From contig OZ223300.1 in the NCBI GenBank assembly GCA_965140705.1, forward strand, positions 1,440,001 to 1,504,000: a DNA stretch of 64,000 nucleotides, in the 5' to 3' direction. How positions within the stretch are numbered: position 1 is the stretch's first letter; each line of letters opens with the position of its first letter. Made by a program: the position numbers and the translations under genes. Source of the stretch: an uncultured Arcobacter sp. Lineage in GTDB: Bacteria > Campylobacterota > Campylobacteria > Campylobacterales > Arcobacteraceae. Under the pieces are notes generated by a model. The model made no database searches. It was not told the origin of the DNA and worked only from the letters and a program-made list of their open reading frames with translations. Shown piece by piece: positions 19,601-34,600 of the stretch.

Positions 19601-22600
19601 TAATAACATGTCAAATACTTTCAAAGGTGGACTAGGGAATGATACTCTAGATGGTGGAAGTGGTAATGACTATTTATATGGTGAAACTGGTGATGATACA
19701 ATTATCGCAAGTAGTGGAAGTGATTTTATTGATGGTGGAAGTACCGGTGAAGTTTTAGGTGATACTATTGATTTTAGTAATATTAACCAAAAAATTGAGT
19801 TAACATTAGCAGAAGATGGTAGTGCTTCTAGGGTAAAGGAAGGTGACTCTAAAACTTTAACTCACACTATTTATAATATTGAAAATATAACTGCAAGTGA
19901 TTTGGATAGTACTCTTTCTGGTAATAGTAAAAATAATACACTTCTAGGTGGTGCTGGAGATGATACTTTAAGTGGTGGAGCTGGAACAAATTATCTTGAT
20001 GGTAAAGGTGGAGTAAATACTGTTGATTATAGTAGTGCTTCAAGTAATGTTACAGTTGATTTAAGTAAAACATCTCTTCAAGAAGTTTATACTCAAGGTG
20101 TCACTACAGTAAAAGATACTTTAATAAATATTCAAAATGTAATTGGAAGTAACAACAAAGATATTATCACTGGTAGCAGTTCAAACAATTCACTTTTTGG
20201 TGGTTTAGGTGATGATACTATAGTTGGAAGTGATGGGAATGATACTTTAGATGGTGGAGATGGTATTGATGTTGCTAGTTATACAACAGCCACTGAAAAT
20301 TTAAATATTGATTTAGGTGTTACAACTCCTGTTAGCATAGGTACGGGATATGGTACTGATACTTTTATATCTATTGAAGGTGCTATTGGTGGTAGTGGAA
20401 ATGACACTATTACGGGAACAAGTAGTTCAAATGTACTAATAGGTGGAGATGGAGATGATACTTTACTTCCTAATGGTAGTGGTAATACTGGATTAGATGT
20501 TATTGATGGGGGAGCTGGAGTAGATTTTGTAAGCTTTGATTTTGGGGATGCCAATACAGGGATAACTTTAGATTTAGCTGATTCTGGTGTACAAAATACT
20601 GGAAAAGGTAATGTTCAAATACTAAATGTAGAAAATGTAGAAGGTGGCGGTGGAGCTGATAAATTATATGGAAATAGTAGTGGCAATACTCTTACTGGAT
20701 TAGCAGGTGATGATACTTTAGTTGGTCGTGCAGGAAATAATACTCTTGATGGGGGAATAGGTTTTGATACTGCTGATTATAGTGGAGTTACAACTTTAAA
20801 TGGTTTAAATATAAATTTAAACCTAGGAAATGAACAAGTTCAAGAAAATGGAAACTCTGGGAAAGATACCTTAATTGGTATTGAAAAAATAATAGCTACT
20901 AAAAATAGTGATTACATCGATGCTACAAGAATTAGTACAGATAAGATGACTTTTGAATTAGGTGCAGGAAATGATACTTTCCATGGTGGTAATCAAAATA
21001 ATATTATTTATACATCAAGACAAGTAGAAGGCTCTGATGATTATACTACATACAATAATACAGTTTATAGTGGTAGTGGAAGTGATACTGTTATTGGAAG
21101 TAGTGGAAATGATACTTTTATTGTAGCTCAAAGTGATACCTTATCTAGTAATGGAAATGATAGTTTTAATGGTGTAAGTGGAATAAACACAATAGATTAT
21201 AGTCAAATTTTAGATAGTGATAACAAAGAAGAAACTGGTGGATTGAATGTAACTTTAGATGGTTCAAATACAGTTAATATCACATTATCTGGTGGAAATA
21301 CAAATACAATTCAAAATGTATCTCATCTTATAGGTACTGAAAATAGTGATACCTTTATTGGTGATAGTTTTAATAATATTTTAGATGGAAGTGGCGGAAG
21401 TGATACTATTTTTGGAACTGCTGGAAATAATACCCTAAGCGGTGGAAGTGGAAATGACAGTATAACTGGTGGTACAGAAATTGATACTATTTATAGTGGT
21501 TTAGATAATGATACTATTTTTAGTAGTACAGGAAATGATACTATTTATGGGGGAGATGGTTCTGATACTTTTGATTTAAGTAGTAGAAATGGAGAAGTAT
21601 TTGTAAATTTAGCTGAAAATAGATCTAAAATTGATACAAATAATAATGGCAGTTTTGATGTAAATGATGAAAATGATTTACTTTATGACATAGAAAAAGT
21701 TGTAGGAAATAGTTCAGATAATACCTTATATGGTGATTCTCTTAATAATATCTTAGATGGTGGAAGTGCTGGTACAAACTCTTTATATGGTAATGGTGGA
21801 GATGATACTCTTATTGGGAGTGGTTCAGGGAAAGATATTGCTTATTATATCCAAGCAAGTGCTGCAATTTATGTAGATATGACTCAGAGTGAACAAGTAG
21901 TTCGAGATGGTGATTTAGGTAGTGATACTTTAATTGATATTGATGAAGTACATGGAAGTATTTATGCAGATACTTTTAAAGGAAATAGTGATAACAATAC
22001 TCTAAGAGGTCTTATTGGTAATGATACATTTTATAGTAGTGCTGGTACTAATGTTTATGATGGTGGAGCTGATAATGATTTATTTATTATTTCATCAAAA
22101 GACCATGGTCAAGACCAATTATTAGGTGGAACGGGTAGTGATACAGTTGATTTTAGTGCTATTACAGGGTTGACGACAAAAGGTTTGGAAGTAACGTTAA
22201 ATGGTAATAGTGAAGCTTCTTCCACTTTAAATGATGTTGCTTCACATAAATTAACTGGCATAGAAAATGTTATAGGTACAATTTATAATGACACAATAAC
22301 TGGTGATGCAAATAATAATATCTTAAGTGGTTTTGCTGGAAATAATACTCTTATTGGTGGAGCAGGTGATGATACTTTAAAAGGTGGAACAGGTAGTGAT
22401 GTTGCTAGTTATGAAACTTCTACTGATGGTATAAAAGTAGACCTAACTCAAACAAATTTTCAAGTTACAGATGATGGCTTATTGGGTAGAGATAAGTTAA
22501 TTAATATTGATACTATTATAGGAAGTAATTACTCAGATACTCTTAAAGGAAGTGACTCATCAGCTGATACCTTTATTGGTGGTACAGGAGACGATTGGTT

Positions 22601-25600
22601 TATTGCTTCTGCTGGAGCTGATTATTATGAAGGTGGAGCAACTAGTAGTGATACTGTTGATTATAGTGGAGCAACAACAAAACTTGTAATAGATATAAAT
22701 GATGGTTCTAAATATATAAATTCATTTTATGGTACACATGAATTTACAAATATTAATGGAATTGTTGGTGGTAGTGAAGATGATACTCTTACTGGTAATA
22801 GTAGGAAAAACACATTAATTGGTGGAAGTGGAGATGATACTCTTTTAGGTTTTGGTGGGCAAGATTATATTGATGGTGGTATAGGAAGTGATTTTGTAAG
22901 TTTTGCTTATACTTCTAGAGATATTACACTTGATTTATCAAATATAAATGAACAAAGTTATACTAGTGACCCAAATGATTTAATTACAATGATTAGTATG
23001 GAAAATATTACTGGTGGTGCTGGTAATGATACAATAAAAGGTAACAACTCTAATAATATACTTGATGGAGGGTATGGAGCTGACACTTTAAGTGGATTAG
23101 GTGGAATTAATGAGTTAAAAGGTGGTATGAATGGTTATGAATTAAGCCTTGGTACTATTTCAGATGGTACAACTTATAGTTTTGTCATTGAGGGACAAAC
23201 TATTTCATATACAGCAAATGCAAGTGATACCTTAACCACTGTACTTAATAATTTAGAAGATGCTTTTATTTTGTCAAAAACTAATAATAATATAACAAGT
23301 TCAAATCTTGTAAATGATGATGCAAAACTATATCTTGAAACAGACCAAAGCCTTGGAAGTGTTTCAAATGTAACTTCTGATACTAAAAACTTTGTAGATA
23401 TTGCAGATTATAGTGAGAATACAAGTGGAATAAAAGTTGATTTATCTTTGACTCAAGATCCAAACTATCAAGTATATTACAATGGATATACAGGTGGAAA
23501 AGATAAACTTGTAGATATAGAAGAGATTTGGGGAACAAACTATTCTGATACTTTTGTGGGAAGTAATAGTGCTGATACTATAAAAGGTGGAGGAGGAAGT
23601 GATACTTTCACTGGTGGAACTGGAAATGATACCTTCTATGGAGAAGCAGGTGAAGATTTATTTATAAGCTCATATGATGATGGAAATAATGTATATTATG
23701 GTGGAACAACTAATGAAACAAATGGTGATACTGTAGATTATAGTGGTATTACTGATACAACACATTATGTTGATGGTGATTTATCCTCTGGAACTATTTC
23801 TGTAAAATTAACAAGTGATGATTCAGTAGTTAAAACAGATACTATAACAAATATTGAAAACCTAACAGGTGGTGCTGGTAACGATACTTTAATAGGTGAT
23901 ACGAATAAAAACACCATAAAAGGTGGTGCAGGTAACGATAGTATTTTAGTTAGTGCTGGTGCAGATAGATTATATGGAGAGGCTGGAGATGATATTTTTA
24001 TTTTTCAAGATGGAATTGATGGCACTGGTACAATTATAGATGGGGGGAATACTTCTCAAACTAATGGGGATACAATAGATTATAGTGCTTTAACTGATGG
24101 TGTAACATTAAGATTAATGGACTCTACATATAGTGGAGTAACCTTAGGCGTTAATGCAAATAATCATAGTATTAGAAATATCAATAATATTGTTGGTTCA
24201 CAAGGTAATGATACTATTGAAGGTGATAGCACTAATAATATTTTAGATGGAAATGCAGGCTTAAGTGATACTATAAGTTTTGAAAATGCAGGTTCAAAAG
24301 TAGTAGTAAATATTGGTTCTGACGTTACAATCTCAAATGCACCAACAGCAAATGGTACATATAGTGCTAATCAAGCCTTAGGTACTACAATAGGTACTGA
24401 TACTGTAAAAAACTTTGAAAATATAAAAGCTGGAAGTGGAGATGATACCTTAATTGGTAGTTCTATTCAAAATATAATTTATGGTGGAATTGGGCAAGAT
24501 TTTATTTTTGGTGCTGCTGGTGATGATAAACTTTTTGGTGAAGATGGTAATGATACCCTTGCTGGTGGATTGGGAAATGACTCCATTGATGGAGGGGAAG
24601 GAACAGATACAGTTAGTTATTTTGATGCTACTAGTGTAGTTGTAAACTTACGAGGTACAACAAATGGTACAGGAAATGTAAATTATTCAAGTACAACTTA
24701 TACGGACAAACTTTATAGTGTCGAAAATGTTATAGGAAGTTCGGGAAATGATACTATTCAAGGAAATGACGCTGATAATACTCTTGATGGAGCAGGTGGA
24801 GTAAATACTGTAAGTTATGATGGAGCAGTAGCTGGTGTTACTATTGACTTAGGGATAACAGGACCTCAAAATACCTTAGGTGATGGAACAGATACTTTGT
24901 TAAATTTTGATAATTTAATTGGTTCTGGTAATGATGATATATTAAAAGGAAATAGTAACTCAAATATTATAAATGGTGGCAATGGAGCTGATACTATATA
25001 TGGAATTGGAGGAGCTAATTTTTTATATGGTGGGCTAGGAGATGATACTTTTATAGGAAAAGTTCTAGGAAGCGATTTTATTGATGGTGAAAGTGGAAAT
25101 GATAAAGTTAATTATAGCACTTTACTTAGTGCTAACAATATCACTGTAGATTTAGGTAATACAACAACTTTCAATGATGAAAATGCTAACTCTCAAACAG
25201 TATATCAAATCACTATCAATGGTGGAGATAGTGATTATGTTAAAAATATTACTACCTTTGAGGGAAGTCAAGGTGATGATAGTTTTATAACAACTACTGG
25301 TACTTATAGCTTTATTGGTGGAAGTGGTGATGATACTTTTAGTGGTAGTTCATTTACTGGTTCTTCAATAGATGGTTCTAATCATACAATTCTATCAGAT
25401 GGTACACAAGGTGCTACAAATGCTTATACAGGAAAAGGTGACACTGTAGATTATAGTAATGTTGTAGATAAAATTATTTTAACATTAGAAAATGGAAGTG
25501 ATACTACAACTGTAAAAGTTGGAGGAACAGACTCAGATCACACTATTAAAAATATAGAAAATATTTATGGTTCAAATACAGCAGGTGATACTATCACTGG

Positions 25601-28600
25601 AAATAATTCAAATAATACGATTTTGGGACAAGCTGGAGATGATACTATTGATGGAGGAAATGGCTCTAACTATTTAGATGGTGGAACAAATGATACAAAA
25701 GGAGATACTGTCTCTTTTGTAAGTGCCGCAAACTCAATTAGTGTAAATATTGGTTCATCAGATGTTGTAATAGCTGGTACAACATATACAGCAAATAATT
25801 CACAACTAGGTTCAAATACAAGTACTGTTAAATCTTTTGAAAATATATTAGGTTCTAGTTATGATGATATTTTAATAGGTAGTGATTTATCAAATACAAT
25901 TGATGGTTCTGACGGAAATGATGTTATTTATGGTGGAAAAGGTAATAACATCTTAAAAGGTGGAACTGGTTCCGATAACTTTTTAATGGGTGGTTTCTTT
26001 GGTAGTGGAAATGATTATATAAATAAAGTTGATGGTGAAAGTGGTGCTGATACTATTGATTATAGTTTAATTACTACTGGTTCAATTAGTGTAACACTAG
26101 ATGGAGAAGAAGAAGCACAAGTTTCTATTTATAGTGATGATGATAGAAGTTCACTTATTACAAATACATATGACCTTATAAAAAATATAAGAAATATAGT
26201 TGGAACTAGTGGAAATGACTCTATCAAAGGTGATGGTAGTGCTAATGAATTGTACGGTGGTTTGGGAGATGATATTCTTGATGGTGCTTCAGGAGATGAT
26301 AAACTTTATGGTGGAGAAGGAAATGACACTTTAGTAAGTGTAAGTGGAAATAATATTCTTGATGGTGGTAATAATAGTGCAAATGGAGATTGGGTTTGGT
26401 ATTCACAAAAATTATTAGCACTTAATTTAAATATGTCAGATGTTGATGGCAGTGGATATTCAACAGCAGATTTTGGTGCAGAAAAAGATAGGATAATAAG
26501 AGTTGAAAATATCAAAGGTACTAGCTACGCAGATTTTATAGGTGGAAATAGTTCTAATAATATACTTGATGCTTTTAGAGGTGATGGAAATATTCTTGTA
26601 GGAAGTGCAGGGAATGATACACTTTTAGGAAGTAGTACTGGAAGTGATACTTTTAAAGCAGGAATCTTACAATCAGATGATTCAACAATTGATGGTAACG
26701 ATGGAAGTAATCTAATTGATGGTGTTGGTGGAAGTTCTAATACAGTTGATTATAGTGCTTATGCAAGTAATAGAAATATTGAAGTTGATTTAAAAGATAG
26801 TGGTAGTTCAACAGTTACTAAAAAATTAGATAATACAACTTTTGGAATAGATACTTTAAATAATATTCAGAATATTACAGGTGGAATGGGTGATGATACA
26901 ATTTCAGGTAATAATCAAGATAACATCTTAAAAGGTGGTGCTGGTTCTGATACAATTAAAGGTAGTGCTGGAAATAATGAACTTTATGGTGAAGCAGGAG
27001 ATGATTTACTAATTAGTGGTAGTGGAAATGATATTATTGATGGTGGAGCTGGTAATAATACTGTAAGTTATCAAGATGCAACAGGTAATGTGACAGTGGA
27101 TCTATCTGATACAAATGCACAAGTAATATCAGGAGGAATGGGAACAGATACTTTAAGTTTAGTTCAAAATGCCATTGGTGGAGATTATGATGATACAATC
27201 ACAGGAAATACACAATCAAATACTATTATTGGTGGCTTAGGTGATGATGATTTCATTGCAACAAATGGAGCTGATACTTATTATGGTGGAGATTTAGATG
27301 CAAATGGTAATCATAGTGTTGCAAGTGGAGAGTATAATAAAGTTGATTATGGCAATGTTGAGAAAGTATATGTTGATTTAAGTACAAAATTAACAGATGC
27401 AGATGGCAATGTATATTCTCAAGCACTAAAATCAAATAGTTCTAATACAGCAGATGGATTTTCAAATCCATATTTAGAATCTACTGATAAACTTTATGGA
27501 ATTATAAATGTAAATGGTAGTGACAATTCAGATACACTTATTGGAGATAGTCAAGGTAATGAATTAAGTGGAAAAGCAGGAAATGATATTCTTGAAGGAA
27601 AAGATGGAGCTGATAATCTTTTAGGTGGAGCTGGTAATGATACTATTATTGCTACAAGTGCTTCAGATGGAATTGATACTATCGATGGTGGAGCAAATAG
27701 TGATACAATAGATTACAGTAAATTAGGAAGCTTAAATTCTATTTCAGTTAATTTAAAAGAGGCAGATACTAATACAACTCTTTATGTTACTGGTGGAGAT
27801 AACGATTTAATTAAAAATGTAGAAAATGTTATTGGAACAGCTGGTGATGATACTATTTTTGGTAATAGTGAAGATAATACTTTAAAAGGTGGTTTGGGTG
27901 CAGATATACTATCTGGTGCAGGTGGTGATGATACTCTAGATGGTGGAGATGGATTTGATACGGTTGATTATAGTGCCTCTTCAGATGCAGTTACTGTTGA
28001 TTTAGATATTACAAATACAGATCAAAATATAAGTACTTCTCAAGGTAATGATAGATTAATTAGTATAGAAAAAGTTATTGGCTCAAGTCATGCGGATACT
28101 TTTAAAACAAATTATAGTAGTAATAATACTTTTGATGGTGGAGTAGCTGATTCAGAAGGTGGAGATACAGTTGATTATAGCTCTTTAAATGTAGATGATG
28201 CAACAATTGATAAAATAGTAACTAATGATTTCTCAACTATTACAGTTTCAAGTGATAGTGCAAATGATTCTGCTGGAACAGCTAATATTACAGATACCTT
28301 TATAAATATTGAAAATATTATTGGAAGTGCAGGAAATGATACTATCTTTGGAAATGCTTCTGATAATACTATAAAAGGTGGATTGGGAGATGATACTTTA
28401 AGTGGAGCTTCTGGGAATGATTATATTGATGGTGAAGATGGAAGTAATACTGTAAGTTATTCATATGTAACAACAACTAGTGGTGTAGTAGTTGATATGA
28501 AAGATAATACAGGTATTGTATCTATTGGAGATGAAGATACACTTGTTAATATTCAAAATGTAATTGGTACAAAAAATTCTGATACTATTAAAATGGGAAC

Positions 28601-31600
28601 AGCTGCAGGAACACTAGAAAATATTGCTAATATTATTGATGGTAGTGATGGATTTGATACTGTTAGTTATGAATATTATAGTTCAGGACTTACTATTGAT
28701 TTGGGAGCTGGTGCTGTTGCAACTGGTGATAATGATGTTTTAATCTCTATTGAAAAAGCAATAGGTGGAACTGGCGATGATACTTTTAAAACAAATACAG
28801 CAGTTAGTAATACTTTTGATGGAATAGCAGGTAGTGATACAATTGATTATTCAACACTAGCTTCAAATCAAGGAATCAATGTAACTCTAAATGGAAGTAC
28901 TCCAGTTACTGTTAATATTGCAAATGCACAAAATGATTCTATTGTAAATATTGAAAATGTTACAGGTGGAGCAGGTTCTGATACTATAAAAGGTGATACA
29001 AATAATAATACACTAAATGGTGGTTTAGGCAACGATATTATTTATGGTACAGCTGGAAATAATTCTCTTTTTGGTGGAGCTGATAATGATACTATTTTTA
29101 GTGGTACTGGAAATGATTTAATTGATGGTGGAACAGGTACAGATACGGTAAACTATTCTCAAGCAATTGCTGCTGTTAATGTAGACTTAGGTATTGAAAC
29201 AGAGCAAAATATTGGTGGAGGAATGGGCTTAGATACTTTAGTTGGTATCGAAAATGTTGTTGGAAGTAATTTTGATGATACCTTTAAATCACATTTTACA
29301 CGAAATAATAGTTTTGATGGATATGGTATTGACTCAAATGGAAATACAGTTGATTATAGTGAATTAACTGTTGATAATGCTACAGAAGATTTTGTAAAAG
29401 TTGATTTGACTGGAAATGGTTTAATTTATATTGATGGGGCATTAAGTGCAACAGATAGTTATACTAATATCCAAAATATAACAGGATCTGATGGAAATGA
29501 TACTATCTATGGAGATAGTGGAGCAAATACTCTAAGAGGTGGAGCAGGTGATGACACTCTTATGGGACGAGATGGTAATGATTATTTAGATGGTGGAACT
29601 GGTAATAATACTGCAAATTATGAGTATACAACTGGTGGAGTGGAAGTTGATTTTAAAGTTGGATTAGGATACGTAAATACGGGAGATCAAGATACTCTTG
29701 TAAATATTCAAAATGCAATAGGTGGAAGTGGTCAAGATAGATTTAAAATGGCTACAGGAGCAACTGCAAATATTATTGATGGGAATAGTAATAGTGGTAA
29801 TCTTGTTAGTTATGAATATTATACAACAGGAGTAAATGTTGACTTAGGAACAGAAGTTTCACAAGAGGTTGTAACAGGAGACTTTGATACATTAATCAAT
29901 ATTCAAAATATTAAAGGTGGAGAAGGTAATGATACTTTCAAAACTAATTTTACTGCTACAAATGAATTTGATGGTAATAGTGGAAATAATACTATGGATT
30001 ATAGTAATGCCGCTTCTAATCAAAGCATTACAGTAACTCTTGATGGTGCAAATTATAGAACAGTAACTATTACAAATGCTTCAAATGATACTATTAAAAA
30101 TATACAAAATATTATTGGTGGAGCTGGTGCTGATAATATAGTAGGAGATGGAAATAGTAATATCCTAAGAGGTGGAGCTGGTGATGATATTATTAATGGA
30201 AATGCTGGATTAAACTCTCTTTATGGTGATGCAGGTTCTGATACAATAACAGCTGGTACTGGGGATGATTTTATTGATGGTGGTTCAGATGATGACATCA
30301 TTTATGCAAACTCTGGGGCAAATATTATTTATGGTGGAACAGGCACTGATACTATTTCAAGTGGAAGTGGAGATGATACCATTTATGGTGGAACTGCTGA
30401 TGTTATAGGTACAGAAAAAGATTGGGTTAGTTTTCAAGATGCTCTAGCTAGTGTTACTGTAAATTTAAATAAATCAAGTGGAGATAGTGTTGCAGGAGTA
30501 TTTACAGGAGCTACAGGATATGCTACAAGTATTGCAACAGGTACAGATAGTCTTTTTGGTATAGAAAATATTATTGCTAGTGCAAACAATGATATTGTAA
30601 CACTTAGGGATACCCAAATAAATACTATTTATCTTTCTGGGGGAAGTGATATTGTAAAAGCTGGTAGTTCTTCATATACTGGTGGTAATACAATTGATGG
30701 TTATGGAATAACTGGAACTGAGAGTAGCTTTGACAGTGATACTATGGATTATAGTGTCTTAAGTGATAATACCAATAGTATTTCAGTTGATTTAAATACA
30801 TTAGATGCAAATGGCTTTGCTACAGTTAATTTTACGGATTCAAATATTTCAGATGATTTATTAAAAAGTATAGAAAATATAACTGGAACTGCTGGAAATG
30901 ATACTTTAATAGGAAGAGATTCTACAAACAATACTTTAATTGGTGGAAGTGGAAGCGACTTCTTGATGGGTAGAAGTGGAAATAACTATCTTGATGGTGG
31001 AGATGGAAGTTTAGGTAACTATGTAAGTTATGGATATGTTGGAAGTTCTAATAATGTAGTAGTTGACTTGACAAATCAAACGGCAAATGTAGTAGGTAGT
31101 GGATACAGTGATACTATTAGAAATATTCAAAATGCCATTGGAGGAGCTGGTTCAGATACAATCATTGGAAGTAGTGCTCAAAATACATTGATTGGTGGAG
31201 ATGGTGCCGATAAGTTTGTTATGATGGGTGAAATTGGTGATACAGTATATGCTGGAAGTTGGGATGGTACAACTCATACAGATACAAGTACACAAGATAG
31301 TATTGATTATAGTTCATATAATAATCAAGTTATTGTAAATCTTACTTCTCAAACAGCAAAAGTAGATTTATCAAATAATGATTTTGCAAGTGGTACAAAA
31401 GATGATACTTTCTTTGGCATAGAGAATGTTATTGGAACTTCTTTATCAGACACTATTACAGGTGGTGCGGGAGTTAATACAATTCATGCTGGAGCTGGAA
31501 GCGATATTATATATGCTGGAAGTGGAGCAGATATAATTTATGGTGAAGCTGGCGATGATACTATTTATATGCAAAGTGTTGCTAATTCAGCATCAAACTT

Positions 31601-34600
31601 TGTAGATGGTGGAACTGGATTTGATTTGGTTGATTATAGTGGATTAGATCAAAGAGTTGTAATTAATATGCAAGGTGTTACTAATGTAGATGTTCAAGTG
31701 GGTAATACAGCAAATCATCACACAATCACCTCTATAGAAAATATAGTTGGAACAAATCAAGATGATACAATCACTGGAAGTGATGGGGTTAATACTTTTG
31801 TTGGATTAGATGGGGTTGATAATATCTATGGAATTGCTGGAAATAATCTTATTTATGGTGGTTCACAAGAGAGAAACTCTACCTCATCAGATGGTGATTT
31901 TATTCAAGGTGGAAGTGGTAATGACACTATTTATGGAGCTGCTGGTGCCGATGATTTAAGAGGTGGCTTAGGAAATGACACAATCTTCGCTGGAGCCAAT
32001 GATGATATTATTCGAAGTGGAATAGGTGAAGATACTATTTATGGTGAAGCAGGGAATGATACTTTTGTATTTGAAGCTGCTGATAATATGACAAACTTTG
32101 TTTATGGTGGAGATGAAATAAGCGATAATGGAACTCTTGATATGGTTGATTATCGATTGGCTATCAAAGGTATGACCATTGATTTAAATGGAAAAACAAA
32201 TATAAATAGTGCCGATGAATCTACATATGATGCAAATGTTATAGGAACATATAATAGTAATGGTTTTGCTTATAGTCAAGATCAAGGATTTAATCTACTT
32301 TATGGAATCGAACAAGTAAGAGGTAGTGATTTAGAGAGTGACACCATAAGAGGTAATAGTTCTACTAACTCTATTTGGGGACATGGTGGAGATGATACCT
32401 TATATGGAGTTGATGGAGCAAACTACTTAGATGGTGGAGCAAATAATGACTTAATCTTTGCAGGTCATGGTGCAGATGTTATGGTAGGGGATAGTGGAGA
32501 TGATACTTTTAAAACCTATTATAATGCATCAGGAACAAATGCCGATGAAAAATTTGGAGGAGATAACACTATTTATGGTGGTACTTGGGATGGTACTACT
32601 GCCGGACTTGCTGGTAGTGATCTTGTAGATTACCAAGTCATTGACAATAATTACAATGTATTTGTAGATTTGGGATTGACTGATGGTAGTGTTCAAATAA
32701 GGGATAACAGTACTTTAGCAGTTCAAAAAACTGATGCACTTTTTTATATTAATAGTGCTATTGGAACAAGTGGTAATGATACTTTCAAAGGGAATTCAAA
32801 TGCAAATGTTTTAAATGGATTTGCAGGGAATAATACAGCACTATATACATATACAGCTCTAATTGCAGGTATATCTGTAAATTTACAAGCAGGAACAGTA
32901 GATAAAATAGTAACTGGAAATACAAATCTTACTGATACTTTATCAAATATTCAAAATATAGTTGGAACAAGCTATGATGATAATTTTGTAACAAAAATAG
33001 ATGAAGCAAATATTATTGATGCTGGAGATCAAGGGACAAATGGAGATACTATAGATTATAGTACAAATGGTACAACAAATATAGTTCTTGATTTAGATGT
33101 TTCTCATACTACTGATTATTATGGTGTAGGAGCAATCAATGATGGTACATATGCAAGTGTATATGTAAGCAATGGTTCTACTGATAAGATAAAAAATATT
33201 GAAAATATCAAAGGTAGTGGTGGTTCTGACACTATTTATGGAAATGCTTCTAATAATACTATTTATGGTATGGGTGGAAATGACACTATTTATGGAGTTG
33301 CTGGTTCAAATTATATTGATGGTGGAGCAGGTGATGACTCAATTTATAGTGGAACAGGAGCTGATAAATTATTTGGTTCTTCTGGTAATGATATCTTCAG
33401 AGCAACAAGTGCCTCAAGTTTTGCAGGAGATGTAATAGATGGGGGAACTGAAGTAGATAGTTCTAATAACTTTATTGGAAGAGGTAGTGATACTGTTGAT
33501 TATAGTTTATTAGATACAACAGGTTTTACAAAAGGTGTTGATTTAACTTTATCAAATGATGTAAATACTACTGTAAGTATAAATGGTAGCAATTCTCATA
33601 CTATTGTTAATATAGAAAATATTATAGGAACAACTGTTAATGATACTATTAATGGAGATGGTGGAGATAATACATTAGTAGGTGAAACAGGTAGTGATAC
33701 TATTAAAGGAACAGCAGGAGATAATACTATTTATGGGGATAAAGTTGATGGTAGTGAAGCTGATGTTGTAGGAAATAGTGATTTAATTTATGCAGGAACT
33801 GGTGACGACAAAATTTATGCTGGTGGTGGTAGTGATACAATTCATACTGCATTGGGAAGTGATACTATTTATGGTGGTTCTGGTGACGACTTTATTTATG
33901 CTGGTGTTGGAAGTAATAAAATTTATGGTGGAAATTATATTGTGGCTACCCAAACACATAGTGATAGTGGAAATGATACAGTAAGTTATGAAAACATTGT
34001 TGGAAGTGGTGTTATTGCAAGATTGAATTCTAACTTAGCAATAGTTAGTGCAACTGGAAATGCTGATGTATTATTTGGTATAGAAAATGTTACTGGTACA
34101 GCTTTGGCAGATGAGATAGTAGGAAATTCAGCTGAGTCAAATACTCTTATTGGTGGAGCTGGTAATGATACAATAAATGGATTAAGTGGTAATAATGATC
34201 TACAAGGTGGAGCTGATAACGATACTATAATCTCAGGTAGTGGAGATAATATTATAGATGGTGGAGCTGGAAGTGATACAGTTGATTATAGTTATTTAAC
34301 AGGTACCTCATTTGGTGATGACGATGCAACAAATGGAAAAGTTAACGGAATCTATTATAGTGGTGTAAAAGTTGATTTAACAGATTCTAATACTCAAAGA
34401 ATACATGATAACTATGGTAGTGATACTATCTCTGGAATTGAAAATGTTATTGGTTCTACAAAAGATGACCATATTATTGGAAATGATGAAATTAATATTC
34501 TTGATGGAAAAGGTGGAAATGACTATTTTGTTCTAGGACAAAATATAGATACTATTCTTGGAGGAACTGGAACAGATACTATTGAGTTCAGTGATACGGG

